Origin: Cenarchaeum sp. | GTDB lineage: Archaea; Thermoproteota; Nitrososphaeria; Nitrososphaerales; Nitrosopumilaceae | Length of the DNA stretch: 64,000 nt | Direction of reading: 5' to 3' | Assembly (NCBI GenBank): GCA_963693095.2 | Contig: OY843768.1 | Coordinates: forward strand, 288,001-352,000 | The notes under the pieces: generated by a model | Seen by the model: only the letters and a program-made list of their open reading frames with translations | Databases searched by the model: none | Told to the model about the DNA's origin: nothing | Part shown: positions 8,469 through 18,338 of the stretch, one piece after another | Position numbering within the stretch: position 1 is the stretch's first letter | Layout of the letters: each line of letters begins with the position of its first letter | Made by a program: the position numbers and the translations under genes

Positions 8469-10955
8469 GTGATGGCCTGCGTGACGATGGCGATGATAAG
8501 CTCGGCATTGCGCGCAGTGGAGCTGCGACAGGAGCCCGCGCCGCTAATCATAGGGGAGCGCCTCAACGCGCAGGGCTCGCGCAGGGCAAAGCGCCTGGTC
8601 CTCGATGACGACATTGGCGGCCTCGTTGACCTTGCGCGCGAGCAAGTCGAGGACGGCGCGCACTGCATCGACGTCTGCGTTGACACCACAGAGCGCTCTG
8701 ATGAGCGCGACATCATGCTGCGCCTCGTAAAGCGCCTCAGCCTTGAGGTCGAGGCGCCACTCGTCATAGACTCAACTAGCGCCGACGTCGTTGCTGCTGC
8801 CGTCGAGCAGATACCGGGCAAGCCGATAGTAAACTCGATCAACCTCGAGGGCGACGGGTCGCGCTTTGGGGCGATCGCGCCAGTCATGGCAAAGTATGGC
8901 GCGCCGGCAGTCGCAATGTGCATCGGTCCGGGCGGCATGGCAAAGACGCCGCAAGAAAAGCTGGACACGGCGCGCCTCCTACTCGACCATGGCCGCGACG
9001 CCGGACTTCGCGCAGACCAGTTCATCTTTGATGTCCTGACGTTCACGCTCGGGACTGGCGAGGCCGAGTATGCCGGCGCCGGCGCTGACACCCTGGAGGG
9101 CATACGCTCGGTCCACGAGGAGATGCCTGACTCGTACACGGTCCTCGGGCTGAGCAACATCAGCTTTGGCCTCACGCCGCCGGCGCGCAGGCTCATCAAC
9201 TCGGCGTTCCTCCACCATGCCGTGCGCGCCGGACTCGATGCGGTCATCATCAACGTGCGCGACATTACGGCATACGCGCAGATACCCGCATCCGAGCGCC
9301 GTCTCGCTGACGCCCTCATATTCAACGAGTCAGAAGGCGCACTGCCCGAGCTCATCGCGCACTTTGAGGCCGAGGGCACCGGAGGGGGCGGTGCGGCCAC
9401 GGCAAGGCAGCCGACAGTCGACCCGTCGATGAGCGCATCCAAGAGGTGCACGTTTCGCATAGTCAACAGGGTTCGTGACGGGATGGAAGGCGACGTGCTC
9501 GCCGCCATTGCCGAAAAGGTTCCCGGCGCGCCGGCGCCAGAGGGCGGCGAGCTCGCAATTCCGGCGCAGGCGGCGCACGAGGCGGCCTTGCGCACGCTCA
9601 ATGACGACCTATTGCCGGCGATGAAGGAGGTCGGCGACAAGTTTGGCGCCGGTGAGATCATACTGCCGTTTGTGCTAAAGTCAGCCGAGTGCATGAAGGC
9701 CGCCGTGGTAGAGCTCGAGCGCCACCTCATCAGGACGGATGAGGCCTCAAAGGGGAGCATTGTGCTCGGAACCGTGTATGGCGACGTGCATGACATTGGA
9801 AAGAACCTGGTCAAGACGATACTCGAGAACAACGGGTACACCGTCCATGACCTCGGCAAGCAGGTTCCGCTCCAGAGCTTTGTGGACAAGATACGCGAGA
9901 CCGGCGCTGATGCCGTTGGCCTCTCGGCGCTCCTCGTCCACACGTCGCGCCAGATGGGAGAGTTTGTCGACTATGCGCGCAAGAACTCGATGAGCATACC
10001 GATACTCTGCGGGGGCGCGGCAATACACACAAACTTTGTCAACAAGATAGCAAGCGAGGGCGGGATATACCCGAACGGCGTGTTTTACTGCAACACAATG
10101 TTTGATGGCCTCGAGGTCATGGAGCGCATTGCCGCCGGCGAGCGCGACGAGCTCGTCGCGTCATGGCGCACGAAAATAGAGTCATGGAAGCCGCCGGCCC
10201 CGCCGCAGAGGCGCAAGGACCAGGTGACGCGCACGGTAAAGCCAGTCGAGGCGCCGCGCGCGCCGTCCCTGGGCAAGGTCATTCGCCTGGGGCCACCCGA
10301 TGTCCCGCTCGGGGAGGTCTGGCCGCTCCTTGACAAGCGGTCGCTCTTCAAGATGTCCTGGGGCGTTCGCGGGCGGGCCGCTGCTGCCTCTGAGGCCGAG
10401 CACGAGCGCCTGTATGACGAGTGGAGGGAGCGCGCCGTCACTGATGGCCTCCTCGAGGCGCGCGTCGCCTATGCGTACCACGAGTGCCGCAACGCCGGCG
10501 GCGGGAGCCTTGAGGTCAAGGATGCCGCAGGCAAGGCCGTGACCTTTGAGTTTCCGCAGAGGGGCGGCGTGGGCATTGCGGACTATTTTGGCGAGCGCGA
10601 TGTCGTGGCGTTTCAGGCAGTAACCGTTGGCCCGCGTGTCGCAAGCACAGTCGAGGCGTGGAACGCCGATGGCCGCTATACTGACGCGTACTATCTGCAC
10701 GGCCTGGCCGTCGAGGCCGCCGAGGCACTCGCGGCCTGGACGCATGCGCGAATCCGCTCCGAGCTCGGAATTGGCAGCCGCGGCCTGCGCTACAGCTGGG
10801 GCTATCCGAGCTGTCCGGACATATCGCAGCACCAGCTTGTGTGGGATCTTATCAATCCGGCCGAGTCGGGCATGACGCTCACGTCACACCACCAGATAGT
10901 GCCCGAGCAATCGACTGCGGCACTCGTGGTCCACCACCCTGACGCGTCGTACTAG
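8469..10955 (+). CDS. metH: B12-dependent methionine synthase: pterin-binding, B12-binding and reactivation domains (split MetH)
   Basis: IIGERLNAQGS, GLSNISFG, GDVHDIGKNLV, RYSWGYPSCPD, PEQSTAA; no homocysteine-binding domain; start uncertain. Confidence 0.9.
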   Translation: MMACVTMAMISSALRAVELRQEPAPLIIGERLNAQGSRRAKRLVLDDDIGGLVDLAREQVEDGAHCIDVCVDTTERSDERDIMLRLVKRLSLEVEAPLVIDSTSADVVAAAVEQIPGKPIVNSINLEGDGSRFGAIAPVMAKYGAPAVAMCIGPGGMAKTPQEKLDTARLLLDHGRDAGLRADQFIFDVLTFTLGTGEAEYAGAGADTLEGIRSVHEEMPDSYTVLGLSNISFGLTPPARRLINSAFLHHAVRAGLDAVIINVRDITAYAQIPASERRLADALIFNESEGALPELIAHFEAEGTGGGGAATARQPTVDPSMSASKRCTFRIVNRVRDGMEGDVLAAIAEKVPGAPAPEGGELAIPAQAAHEAALRTLNDDLLPAMKEVGDKFGAGEIILPFVLKSAECMKAAVVELERHLIRTDEASKGSIVLGTVYGDVHDIGKNLVKTILENNGYTVHDLGKQVPLQSFVDKIRETGADAVGLSALLVHTSRQMGEFVDYARKNSMSIPILCGGAAIHTNFVNKIASEGGIYPNGVFYCNTMFDGLEVMERIAAGERDELVASWRTKIESWKPPAPPQRRKDQVTRTVKPVEAPRAPSLGKVIRLGPPDVPLGEVWPLLDKRSLFKMSWGVRGRAAAASEAEHERLYDEWRERAVTDGLLEARVAYAYHECRNAGGGSLEVKDAAGKAVTFEFPQRGGVGIADYFGERDVVAFQAVTVGPRVASTVEAWNADGRYTDAYYLHGLAVEAAEALAAWTHARIRSELGIGSRGLRYSWGYPSCPDISQHQLVWDLINPAESGMTLTSHHQIVPEQSTAALVVHHPDASY

Positions 10956-11695
10956 CGTGCTGATGCAATGACTGACTCGGCCATTGCGCGGTCCCTGGGC
11001 GACGTCACAAGGACATTGCCGGCGATCTCGTGAACGCGCCGGACAAACGCGCCGGGATCATCCCTGTACGCCGACCAGTCCAGCCCGAGCGTGCGCGCAG
11101 ATGCGGCATTCTTTGGGGACGGGATCATCACGCACGGCATAACGCCAACGCCGTGCTCCAGCATCTCCCCGACGATACTTGTGGCCTGCGCGGCCGACGA
11201 GATGACCTGCGTCACAAACCCGTCGGGCCTTGCGGCGAGCTTTTTCTGCGTCCTTGCGGCATCCGGCGCAGTCGGCAGCGAGAGGAGCATCCTGAGGCCG
11301 CACGTTGATGAGCCCGCGCGCAGCCTGGCGAGCACGCCGCCGGGATAGAGTCCCGAGTCGTGCGCGCCCTCGTACTGTGGCGGATCGCCCCTGACGAGCA
11401 GGACGCCTGACACGCCGGTGCGCGCCGCGGCGGCAATGTCAGATGTAATGCGCTCGAGGCTGCGGTCGCGCGTCCGCAGGCTCATCATCACGTCGATGCC
11501 GGCCCCCTGCGCGATGATCTCTGCGCACGCGTCTAGGGCGCCGATGCGCCGTGTCCCGAGGACGCCGTCAGTCACGAGCAGGCCGTCGGCGACTTTTATC
11601 ATGCGCCCTAGGCGGCCTGTCATGGACTCTAGCTGCGCACGCGTCCCCTGGCCGTCCTCGACCCTCGGCGGATTGACTTCATACACTATGGCCAT
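10952..11695 (-). CDS. methylenetetrahydrofolate reductase-like protein
   Basis: YEVNPP, LRTRDRS, VLLVRGDPP, FVTQ; adjacent to metH. Confidence 0.8.
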   Translation of the reverse strand: MAIVYEVNPPRVEDGQGTRAQLESMTGRLGRMIKVADGLLVTDGVLGTRRIGALDACAEIIAQGAGIDVMMSLRTRDRSLERITSDIAAAARTGVSGVLLVRGDPPQYEGAHDSGLYPGGVLARLRAGSSTCGLRMLLSLPTAPDAARTQKKLAARPDGFVTQVISSAAQATSIVGEMLEHGVGVMPCVMIPSPKNAASARTLGLDWSAYRDDPGAFVRRVHEIAGNVLVTSPRDRAMAESVIASAR

Positions 11696-11924
11696 TGCCG
11701 GATCGGCAGGCCGTGCGGGGCGCTATATCTAAACCGTCACGGGCTGCTGCGCGTTTATGCGGCCGCGTGCGGCGGGGCTATGCCCGTGGCGGACGCTGCG
11801 TTCTGCCGTGTCGGGGATGGGGCAAACATATGCGCATGGTGGCATATATTCAATAAAAATCGTTCGCTCACGCCTGCTTGAGACGTTCATAACTTTATTA
11901 GCCTGGGGCGCCCATGGGCGTGAC

Positions 11925-12575
11925 GTGAAGTACAAGTACGAGCGGTTCAAGAACACATTCGCCCCGCTCATCGACCACGAAATCCTCGATGTCGAGCAGA
12001 TCATTCTTGGGATGCGCCTTGGCGTGGTGGAGCAGGACAAGTTGCCGCCTGCGGCAAAGAAAGCCATCAAAGATGAGATAGACAAGCGCGCAAAAGCGCA
12101 GGTGACCCCCGTGAAACTACTGATCCTGCTTCTTGGGTCGGTCGGTGATGTGAAATACAAGACACGCCTTCAAAAATACCTCTTTCTTGCAGATAACCAG
12201 CTCTTGAAAACAAGGCAGCCCAAAACAAAAAGAATGGTGTACGGATGGAAACCACATTACTATGGCCCGTTTAGCAAACATTTGGAGTTTGCTGTGAAAG
12301 ATGCAGTTAAAGCAAATCTGATTGAGTGTTTTCCCATTCATGAAGATAACAAAAGTCCAGGTATTGGATACAGGCTCACAATTAAGGGACGCGCTGAGTT
12401 TCAACGTATATTGCCAAATTTCAACGAGACGTCAAATCTAATTCGTGGTATGCTGCTTAAATTTCAAAAAGACCGAACAGAACACCAACTTTTAGAGTTT
12501 GTATATCTGATGTATCCAAAATACACAGAAAAAAGCGTGATCCGTGACAAGTTTCCTATAATAACTAGGAATTAA
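11925..12575 (+). CDS. module gene A1: Panacea/SocA(DUF4065)-YwgA-like winged-helix protein, putative antitoxin
   Basis: KTRLQKYLFL, YGWKPHYYGPFS, YRLTIKG, LLEFVY..YP motifs; GTG start ~25 nt after the TATA-like TTTATTA. Confidence 0.7.
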   Translation: MKYKYERFKNTFAPLIDHEILDVEQIILGMRLGVVEQDKLPPAAKKAIKDEIDKRAKAQVTPVKLLILLLGSVGDVKYKTRLQKYLFLADNQLLKTRQPKTKRMVYGWKPHYYGPFSKHLEFAVKDAVKANLIECFPIHEDNKSPGIGYRLTIKGRAEFQRILPNFNETSNLIRGMLLKFQKDRTEHQLLEFVYLMYPKYTEKSVIRDKFPIITRN

Positions 12576-12579
12576 CACA

Positions 12580-13062
12580 ATGCCTGGACGTGATAAGACT
12601 GCACTGGCAACTATTGCCCGAACTCTTGATCCTAGCAAAGAATGGGACATATACGAAACACAACTTCATGATCGTGATTTAGCGTCTAGATCTTATTCCT
12701 ATTCCTTTGAAACTCGAAAGTTTTATTTTGTCGAAAACCCTGCACATAGAGCAGAATTGATGGATTTATATGGCGACGGGCGTAACCCACTTAACATTAT
12801 AGCGTTCTACGATGTGTATGACCTTATATTGCAATACTCTGATATCGAACATGCTATAGATCAAGTAATCGATGATGGGGACATTCCATTTATTGGTCAA
12901 TGGGGTTCTCTTGGCGATGTTTGTCGTGGAGTTTCGATTGTGGTAGATCATGGGATTTTTGATCAGGATGTTTTGAAATTACTTGATGAACTTGATCAAG
13001 ATTACGCCGCTAGAATCACCCGTGACAAATTTAGCTATTTTCCGCCATTGCATCAACCATAG
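12580..13062 (+). CDS. module gene B1: unknown 160-aa protein, putative toxin
   Basis: Starts 4 nt after A1; AT-rich; three paralogous copies in the window. Confidence 0.75.
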   Translation: MPGRDKTALATIARTLDPSKEWDIYETQLHDRDLASRSYSYSFETRKFYFVENPAHRAELMDLYGDGRNPLNIIAFYDVYDLILQYSDIEHAIDQVIDDGDIPFIGQWGSLGDVCRGVSIVVDHGIFDQDVLKLLDELDQDYAARITRDKFSYFPPLHQP

Positions 13063-13152
13063 TCAAATCCGTGCCCCTTGTTCATTATAATGTGCGTCAA
13101 CTGCGCAGCAGCTGGAGCATCTGAGGTGCTGACCTCACGCGTGCGCCAGCGT

Positions 13153-14314
13153 GGCTCTGTCCATGAATGATTCCGCAAAAGGATAGCAAAGCTTTTAGAT
13201 CAAGGGCAGGCCGACTCAATAGCCCCTAGATCGGCGCGCCGGCCTTTCCCGCAATGACTGCAAGGAACAGGGGAAGCGCGAGCTCGAGGGCGGTCCTTGC
13301 CACCCTCGTGTCGCTGTACATGAAGGCAACCCGGAGGGGACCAAGGCCGTGGGAAACCAGCCCGCTAGGGCAACACGGCCTTGATCCCGTGGGCATGTCG
13401 CTGTGCATCGTGCTAAAGTCCATGTACGGACTGACGTACGACGGCACGTGCGACTACCTGTCGGAACACCCGCACCTGGTGAAGTCGCTGGGCCTCAAAA
13501 GGGTTCCGTCGCGGTCCGCGCTGCAGTGCGCCGCCGCGAGGATGGAGCCGGAGTTCACGGCATGGGTGCTCGTCGCGGCCGGCAGGCCGGGCATGAGGGG
13601 CACGCTGCTTGCCGACTCGACGGGGGTTGGCGTGCACACCCACGTGCGGTGGCTCGACGTGCGCGACGGCAGGACGTCGCGGCGGGACTTCCTGAAGCTG
13701 CACGCCGTCACTACCGCAGATGGCATAATAGTGGCATTTGCCGTGACGGACGGGACGGCCGGCGACGCGCCGGCGTTCCGGCGCATGTGCCCTTCGCTCC
13801 CGTCGGGGCGCGGGCACGTGATCCTGGACGCGGCGTACCTCTCTCGCGAGATATGCGAGATGGTCGAGGCGACGGGGCGCGAGCCGGTGATCAGGCCAAA
13901 GTCCAACACGTCCGACCGCGGGTTTGACGCGCGGGGCCGGATGATGCGCCGGTACCGCAGAGACACCGAGGCGTTCATGCGCACGTACGGCAAGCGCAAC
14001 GTCGTCGAGTCCGTCTTCTCCTCGATCAAGAGGAGGATCGCCGGGACGCTGCGGGCGCGCACGCGCCGCACGCAGCGCACCGAGCTGTCGTGCATCGCCC
14101 TGGGGTACAACGTGCTGAGGCTGCTGGAGAGGTAGCGCCGGGGCGCGCCGGGATCGGAGGTGCGCGCCCAGCGTGAGCTGCGCACGCCGCGGGGATCCCG
14201 GCGCCCGACCCGGCGCCGGCGCGCTGGGATCCCCCGACGGAGCCGCCGGGGAGCCGGAACTTCACGCCATGCCGCCCCCGGATCCGCCCCCCACGCCTAC
14301 TCGTGGACAGAGCC
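13153..14314 (+). mobile_element. IS5-family insertion sequence (full length)
   Basis: Terminal inverted repeats GGCTCTGTCCATGAAT / ACTCGTGGACAGAGCC enclosing a DDE transposase; no target duplication seen. Confidence 0.85.
13254..14135 (+). CDS. IS5-family DDE transposase
   Basis: LLADSTG, KLHAV, ILDAAY, YGKRNVVESVFSSIKR (YREK motif). Confidence 0.9.
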   Translation: MTARNRGSASSRAVLATLVSLYMKATRRGPRPWETSPLGQHGLDPVGMSLCIVLKSMYGLTYDGTCDYLSEHPHLVKSLGLKRVPSRSALQCAAARMEPEFTAWVLVAAGRPGMRGTLLADSTGVGVHTHVRWLDVRDGRTSRRDFLKLHAVTTADGIIVAFAVTDGTAGDAPAFRRMCPSLPSGRGHVILDAAYLSREICEMVEATGREPVIRPKSNTSDRGFDARGRMMRRYRRDTEAFMRTYGKRNVVESVFSSIKRRIAGTLRARTRRTQRTELSCIALGYNVLRLLER

Positions 14315-14361
14315 GACATGCTCATAACTTTTTTAACTTGGGACTACCTAGGCATGGTGTC

Positions 14362-15003
14362 ATGTCCGAGACGTTCAAGAACTCATTTGCCCCGCTTATC
14401 GACCGCGAACTCCTCGATGTCGGCCAAATCATTGTTGGAATGCGCCTGGGCGTGGTGGAACAAGACAAGTTGCCGCCTGCGGCCAAAGAGGCCATCAGGA
14501 ATGAAATAGACAGACGCAAAAAAGCGCAAGTGTCCCCCATGACGCTGCTTATCGTGCTTCTTGGTTCGGTAGGAGATGTAAAATACAAGACACGCCTGCA
14601 AAAATATGTATTTCTTGCAGACAAGCAACTCTTGCAAACAAAAAAACTCAACCCTGACCTGCTGGTGTATGAATGGAAACCACACCATTATGGCCCCTTT
14701 AGCGAAGATTTGGAGCTTTGTGTGAAAGAAGCCATTGAAGAAAAACTGGTTGCTTCCTTTGAAATTCATGAAGATGGTAAAAATCCTGGTATTGGATACA
14801 AGCTTACAATTAAGGGGCGCGTTGAATTTAAGCGTTTATTGTCACATTTCCATGACATATCACACCTAATTCGTGGCATGTTGCTAGATTTCCAAAAAGA
14901 TCGTACAGAATACAATCTTCTAGAGTTTGTATATCAAATGCATCCAGAATACACCACACACAGCATGATTCGTGATAAATTTACTAACGTAGATCGGAAT
15001 TAG
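14362..15003 (+). CDS. module gene A2: Panacea/SocA-YwgA-like protein
   Basis: Paralog of A1 (KTRLQKYVFL, WKPHHYGPFS); TTTTTTAA box ~26 nt upstream. Confidence 0.7.
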   Translation: MSETFKNSFAPLIDRELLDVGQIIVGMRLGVVEQDKLPPAAKEAIRNEIDRRKKAQVSPMTLLIVLLGSVGDVKYKTRLQKYVFLADKQLLQTKKLNPDLLVYEWKPHHYGPFSEDLELCVKEAIEEKLVASFEIHEDGKNPGIGYKLTIKGRVEFKRLLSHFHDISHLIRGMLLDFQKDRTEYNLLEFVYQMHPEYTTHSMIRDKFTNVDRN

Positions 15004-15008
15004 GAAAA

Positions 15009-15491
15009 ATGCCTGGCCGTTCTACGTCTTCGTTGGCGAATATTGCAAAAACTATTGTTCCTTACAACGAATGGGTCCTATACAAACCACAACTTAATGA
15101 GCGCGCATTGGAAAACCGTTCTTATTCTTACTCTTTTGAAACTCGCAAGTTTTATTTTGCTGAAAATCCTGTACATAGAAATCAGTTAATGGATTTATAT
15201 GGTGATGGCGATAACCCGCTTAACATTATTGCGATCCATGATGTGTATGATTCTGTGTTGCGTTACCGTACAGTCGCTCAAACTCTACGCGAGGTCATTG
15301 CTAATGGTCACATTCCATTTATTGGCAAATGGGGCGCTTTGAACGACGTTTGCCAGGGGGTTTCTATCATTGTAAATCATGGGATTCTTGATTGTGATGT
15401 TTTGCAATGGCTTGATGACCTTAAGCAAGATTATGCTGCTAGAATCACCCGCCATGCATGTGACTATTTTCCGCCATTGCGTCAACCATAG
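15009..15491 (+). CDS. module gene B2: unknown 160-aa protein
   Basis: Same length as B1 with shared blocks SYSYSFETRKFYF, LMDLYGDG, QDYAARITR. Confidence 0.75.
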   Translation: MPGRSTSSLANIAKTIVPYNEWVLYKPQLNERALENRSYSYSFETRKFYFAENPVHRNQLMDLYGDGDNPLNIIAIHDVYDSVLRYRTVAQTLREVIANGHIPFIGKWGALNDVCQGVSIIVNHGILDCDVLQWLDDLKQDYAARITRHACDYFPPLRQP

Positions 15492-15534
15492 CCCAATCCA
15501 TGCCTTTTGTTTATGTTGATGTGCGCTCAACCAC

Positions 15535-15967
15535 GGCTCTGTCCATGAATGGATCCCGAGGGGGCACCGCAAAGCTTATGGATCATGGGCGAAACCGGCC
15601 CAAACGCCCTTAGATCGGCGCGCCGACGGCCTGGCAATGACTGCAAGGAACAGGGGGACGCGAGCTCGAGGGCGGTCTTTGCCACCCTCGTGTCGCTGCG
15701 CATGAAGGCAGTCCGGAGAGGACCGGAGCCGCGGAAATGCAGCTGCTGGGGCAGCGCGGCCTTGATCCCGTAGGGGCATGTCGCTGCGCATCGTGCTGAA
15801 GTCCATGTACGGACTGACGCACGACGGCACGCGCGACTACCTGTCGGGGCGTCCGCACCTGGTGGGGTCGCCGGGGCGAGGGGATCCGCGCCAGGGGCGG
15901 GATGGGGCAGGAATTTCACGGTGCAGCGCCCCGGGACGGCCGCCCGTGCGTATTCGTGGACAAAGCC
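15535..15967 (+). mobile_element. internally deleted IS5 derivative (MITE-like)
   Basis: Same TIRs (GGCTCTGTCCATGAAT...TTCGTGGACAAAGCC) with a degraded 5' transposase fragment. Confidence 0.8.
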
Positions 15968-16013
15968 TGAAATGCTCATAACTTTTTTAACTTGGGACGC
16001 CCCCAAGCGCGGT

Positions 16014-16658
16014 GTGAAGTACAAGACGTTCAAGAACACATTCGCCCCGCTCATCGACCACGAAATCCTCGATGTCGAGCAGATCATTCTTGGGATGCGC
16101 CTTGGCGTGGTGGAGCAGGACAAGTTGCCGCCTGCGGCCAAGAAAGCCATCAAAGATGAGATAGACAAGCGCACAAAAGCGCTGGTGACCCCCATGAGGC
16201 TGCTGATCCTGCTTCTTGGGTCGGTCGGTGACGTGAAATACAAGACACGCCTGCAAAAATACGCATTTCTTGCCGACAACCAGCTCTTACAAGCAAAAGA
16301 GATCAAAACTAATAAGCTGGTGTGTCACTGGAAACCACATCATTATGGCCCGTTTAGCTACAATTTGGAGATTTGTGTAAATGAGGCCATTGAAGAAAAA
16401 TTGGTCGCTTCCTTTCAAATTCATGAGGACGGCAAAACTCCGGGTGTTGGATACAGGCTTACAATTAAGGGGCGTGCCGAGTTTAAGCGTTTATTGCCAA
16501 ATTTCCACAAGGCATCAAAACTAATTCGTGGCATGCTGATCGACTTTCAAAAAGATTCTACAGAATACAAGCTTCTAGAGTTTGTATACCAAATGCATCC
16601 CAAATATACAGAAAAAAGCGTGATTCGTGGAAGGTTTGCCAACGCAGACCGGAATTAG
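16014..16658 (+). CDS. module gene A3: Panacea/SocA-YwgA-like protein
   Basis: 5' part nearly identical to A1, 3' part closer to A2; same promoter box upstream. Confidence 0.7.
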   Translation: MKYKTFKNTFAPLIDHEILDVEQIILGMRLGVVEQDKLPPAAKKAIKDEIDKRTKALVTPMRLLILLLGSVGDVKYKTRLQKYAFLADNQLLQAKEIKTNKLVCHWKPHHYGPFSYNLEICVNEAIEEKLVASFQIHEDGKTPGVGYRLTIKGRAEFKRLLPNFHKASKLIRGMLIDFQKDSTEYKLLEFVYQMHPKYTEKSVIRGRFANADRN

Positions 16659-16772
16659 CAAAAATGCCTGGCCGTTCTAAGTCTACACTGGCTACTATTG
16701 CAAAAACTCTTGTCCCTCACAAAGAATGGTCTATATACCAGTCACAACTTGATGATCGTGATTTGGCGTCTA

Positions 16773-17872
16773 TACTGCCGATCAAAAGTCCGTGCCGCAT
16801 TCCAGCGACGTCCGGCCCAGGTATGCCATCACGTCGAGCCGGTACCTCGTGTGCCTGAAGTGCCGTGACACCGCCGTCCGCATATCCACCATGGTGGGGT
16901 AGTGCTCGGAGACCAGCAGCGCCCGCTTTGCCTGCCGCCACACCTCCTCGATCGCGTTGAGGTACGGCGAGCCGGTGGGCAGCTCGATCAGCCTCACCGC
17001 CCTGTGGGCGCGAAGATAGTCCTTCACCGCCGCGGCCCTGTGCTGCGGCGCCCTGTCGACGATCACGGCGACCCTGCCGAACTTCCTGTGCATGTCGCGC
17101 AGGAACGCGACAAACGTCTCCGCATCGAACCTGTCGTGCACCCGGAAGATCTGCTTCCCGTCAGTGGAGATCGCGCCGTACACCACGACCCTCCTGTGTC
17201 CCCCGGTGTACGGGGCGACGACGGGGACGCCCACGCGCGACCAGTACTTTGATCCGTCGGCTGCGCCGTGCACGGCGATGGTCTCGTCCTGCACTACGAT
17301 GGTGAATCCCGCGCGCCTGAGGCGCCTTATCTCGCGCCGCACCCGGCGCCGCCAGCCGGCGACAGTCGGCCCGTCGGCCCTGTTCACGTGCACCAGGCGC
17401 GTCCGCTTGGCGGAGAGGCCGGCCCTGCGCATTATTTTCCTGACGTGCGACATGTGGAACCTCACGCCGGTGGCCCGCTCGATCTCCAGCATGACCTCTG
17501 CGGGCGTGACGCGCCCGGGCATTCGGCCAATCAGGCGGCCAAGCTTCTGCCGCGCGACCAGCGGCGGCCTGCCGGGGCGGGGGCGGTCCCGCAGGGCCTC
17601 GACACCGCCACTCCGGTAGCGCGCGACCCACTTGCCGACCCACCTGGGGCACTGCACGAGCGCAAGTGCGACCTCCTCGCGCGTCATCCCCAGGTTCTCG
17701 TGCATGTTGACCGCGGCAAACCTGTACCTGACGTCGCCGTCCCTCTCGTCGCGGAGTGCCCTGCGGAACGCTTCCAGCTCTTGGCCTTCCATGCAGGGCG
17801 TGGGGAGGGGCGATCCATATAGCATGCGGGTCGGGAAAGTTTGATCATGGCACGAACTTTTGCTCGTCAGTA
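16773..17872 (-). mobile_element. IS630-family insertion sequence
   Basis: Imperfect ~24-bp TIRs TACTGCCGATCAAAAGTCCGTGCC / GGCACGAACTTTTGCTCGTCAGTA, duplicated TA in a CTAG target. Confidence 0.9.
16782..17792 (-). CDS. IS630 transposase
   Basis: HTH (WVARYRSGGVEAL.DRPRPGRPP), VQDET, IVDRAPQH, LPTGSPYLNAIEEVW. Confidence 0.92.
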   Translation of the reverse strand: MEGQELEAFRRALRDERDGDVRYRFAAVNMHENLGMTREEVALALVQCPRWVGKWVARYRSGGVEALRDRPRPGRPPLVARQKLGRLIGRMPGRVTPAEVMLEIERATGVRFHMSHVRKIMRRAGLSAKRTRLVHVNRADGPTVAGWRRRVRREIRRLRRAGFTIVVQDETIAVHGAADGSKYWSRVGVPVVAPYTGGHRRVVVYGAISTDGKQIFRVHDRFDAETFVAFLRDMHRKFGRVAVIVDRAPQHRAAAVKDYLRAHRAVRLIELPTGSPYLNAIEEVWRQAKRALLVSEHYPTMVDMRTAVSRHFRHTRYRLDVMAYLGRTSLECGTDF

Positions 17873-18338
17873 TAGCTCTTATTCTTATTCCTTTGAAACT
17901 CGAAAATTTTATTTTGCTGACGACTCTGCACATAGAGCGCAATTGATGGATTTATACGGCGACGGGCATAACCCGCTTAACATTATTGCAATCCACGATG
18001 TATATAATACTCCGTTGCACTATTCTGCCATCTCTGAAACTCTGTATCAAGTAATTGCTGACGGAAATATTCCATTTATTGGTCAATGGGGTTCTCTTGG
18101 CGATGTTTGTCGTGGAGTTTCGATTGTGGTCGATCATGGGATTTTTGATCAGGATGTTTTGAAATTACTTGATGAACTTGATCAAGATTACGCCGCTAGA
18201 ATCACCCGTGACAAATTTGGCTATTTTCCGCCATTGCATCAACCATAGTCAAATCCGTGCCCCTTGTTCATTATAATGTGCGTCAACTGCGCAGCAGTTG
18301 GAGCATCTGAGGTGCTGACCTCACGCGTGCGCCAGCGG

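Larger units (their letters stand above)
16664..18248 (+). pseudogene. module gene B3, interrupted by IS630
   Basis: MPGRSK...DDRDLAS | IS630 | SYSYSFETRKFYF...PPLHQP; removing the IS and one TA restores the B reading frame. Confidence 0.85.

Noticed and set aside
8279-9943. Long antisense ORFs (also 39353-40975, 21932-23392, 654-1475)
   Set aside because: They overlap well-supported genes on the opposite strand; expected artefact of high GC
8469-10955. MetH lacking the homocysteine-binding domain as a pseudogene or novelty
   Set aside because: Split methionine synthases are known; the ORF is intact and the missing domain is probably encoded elsewhere
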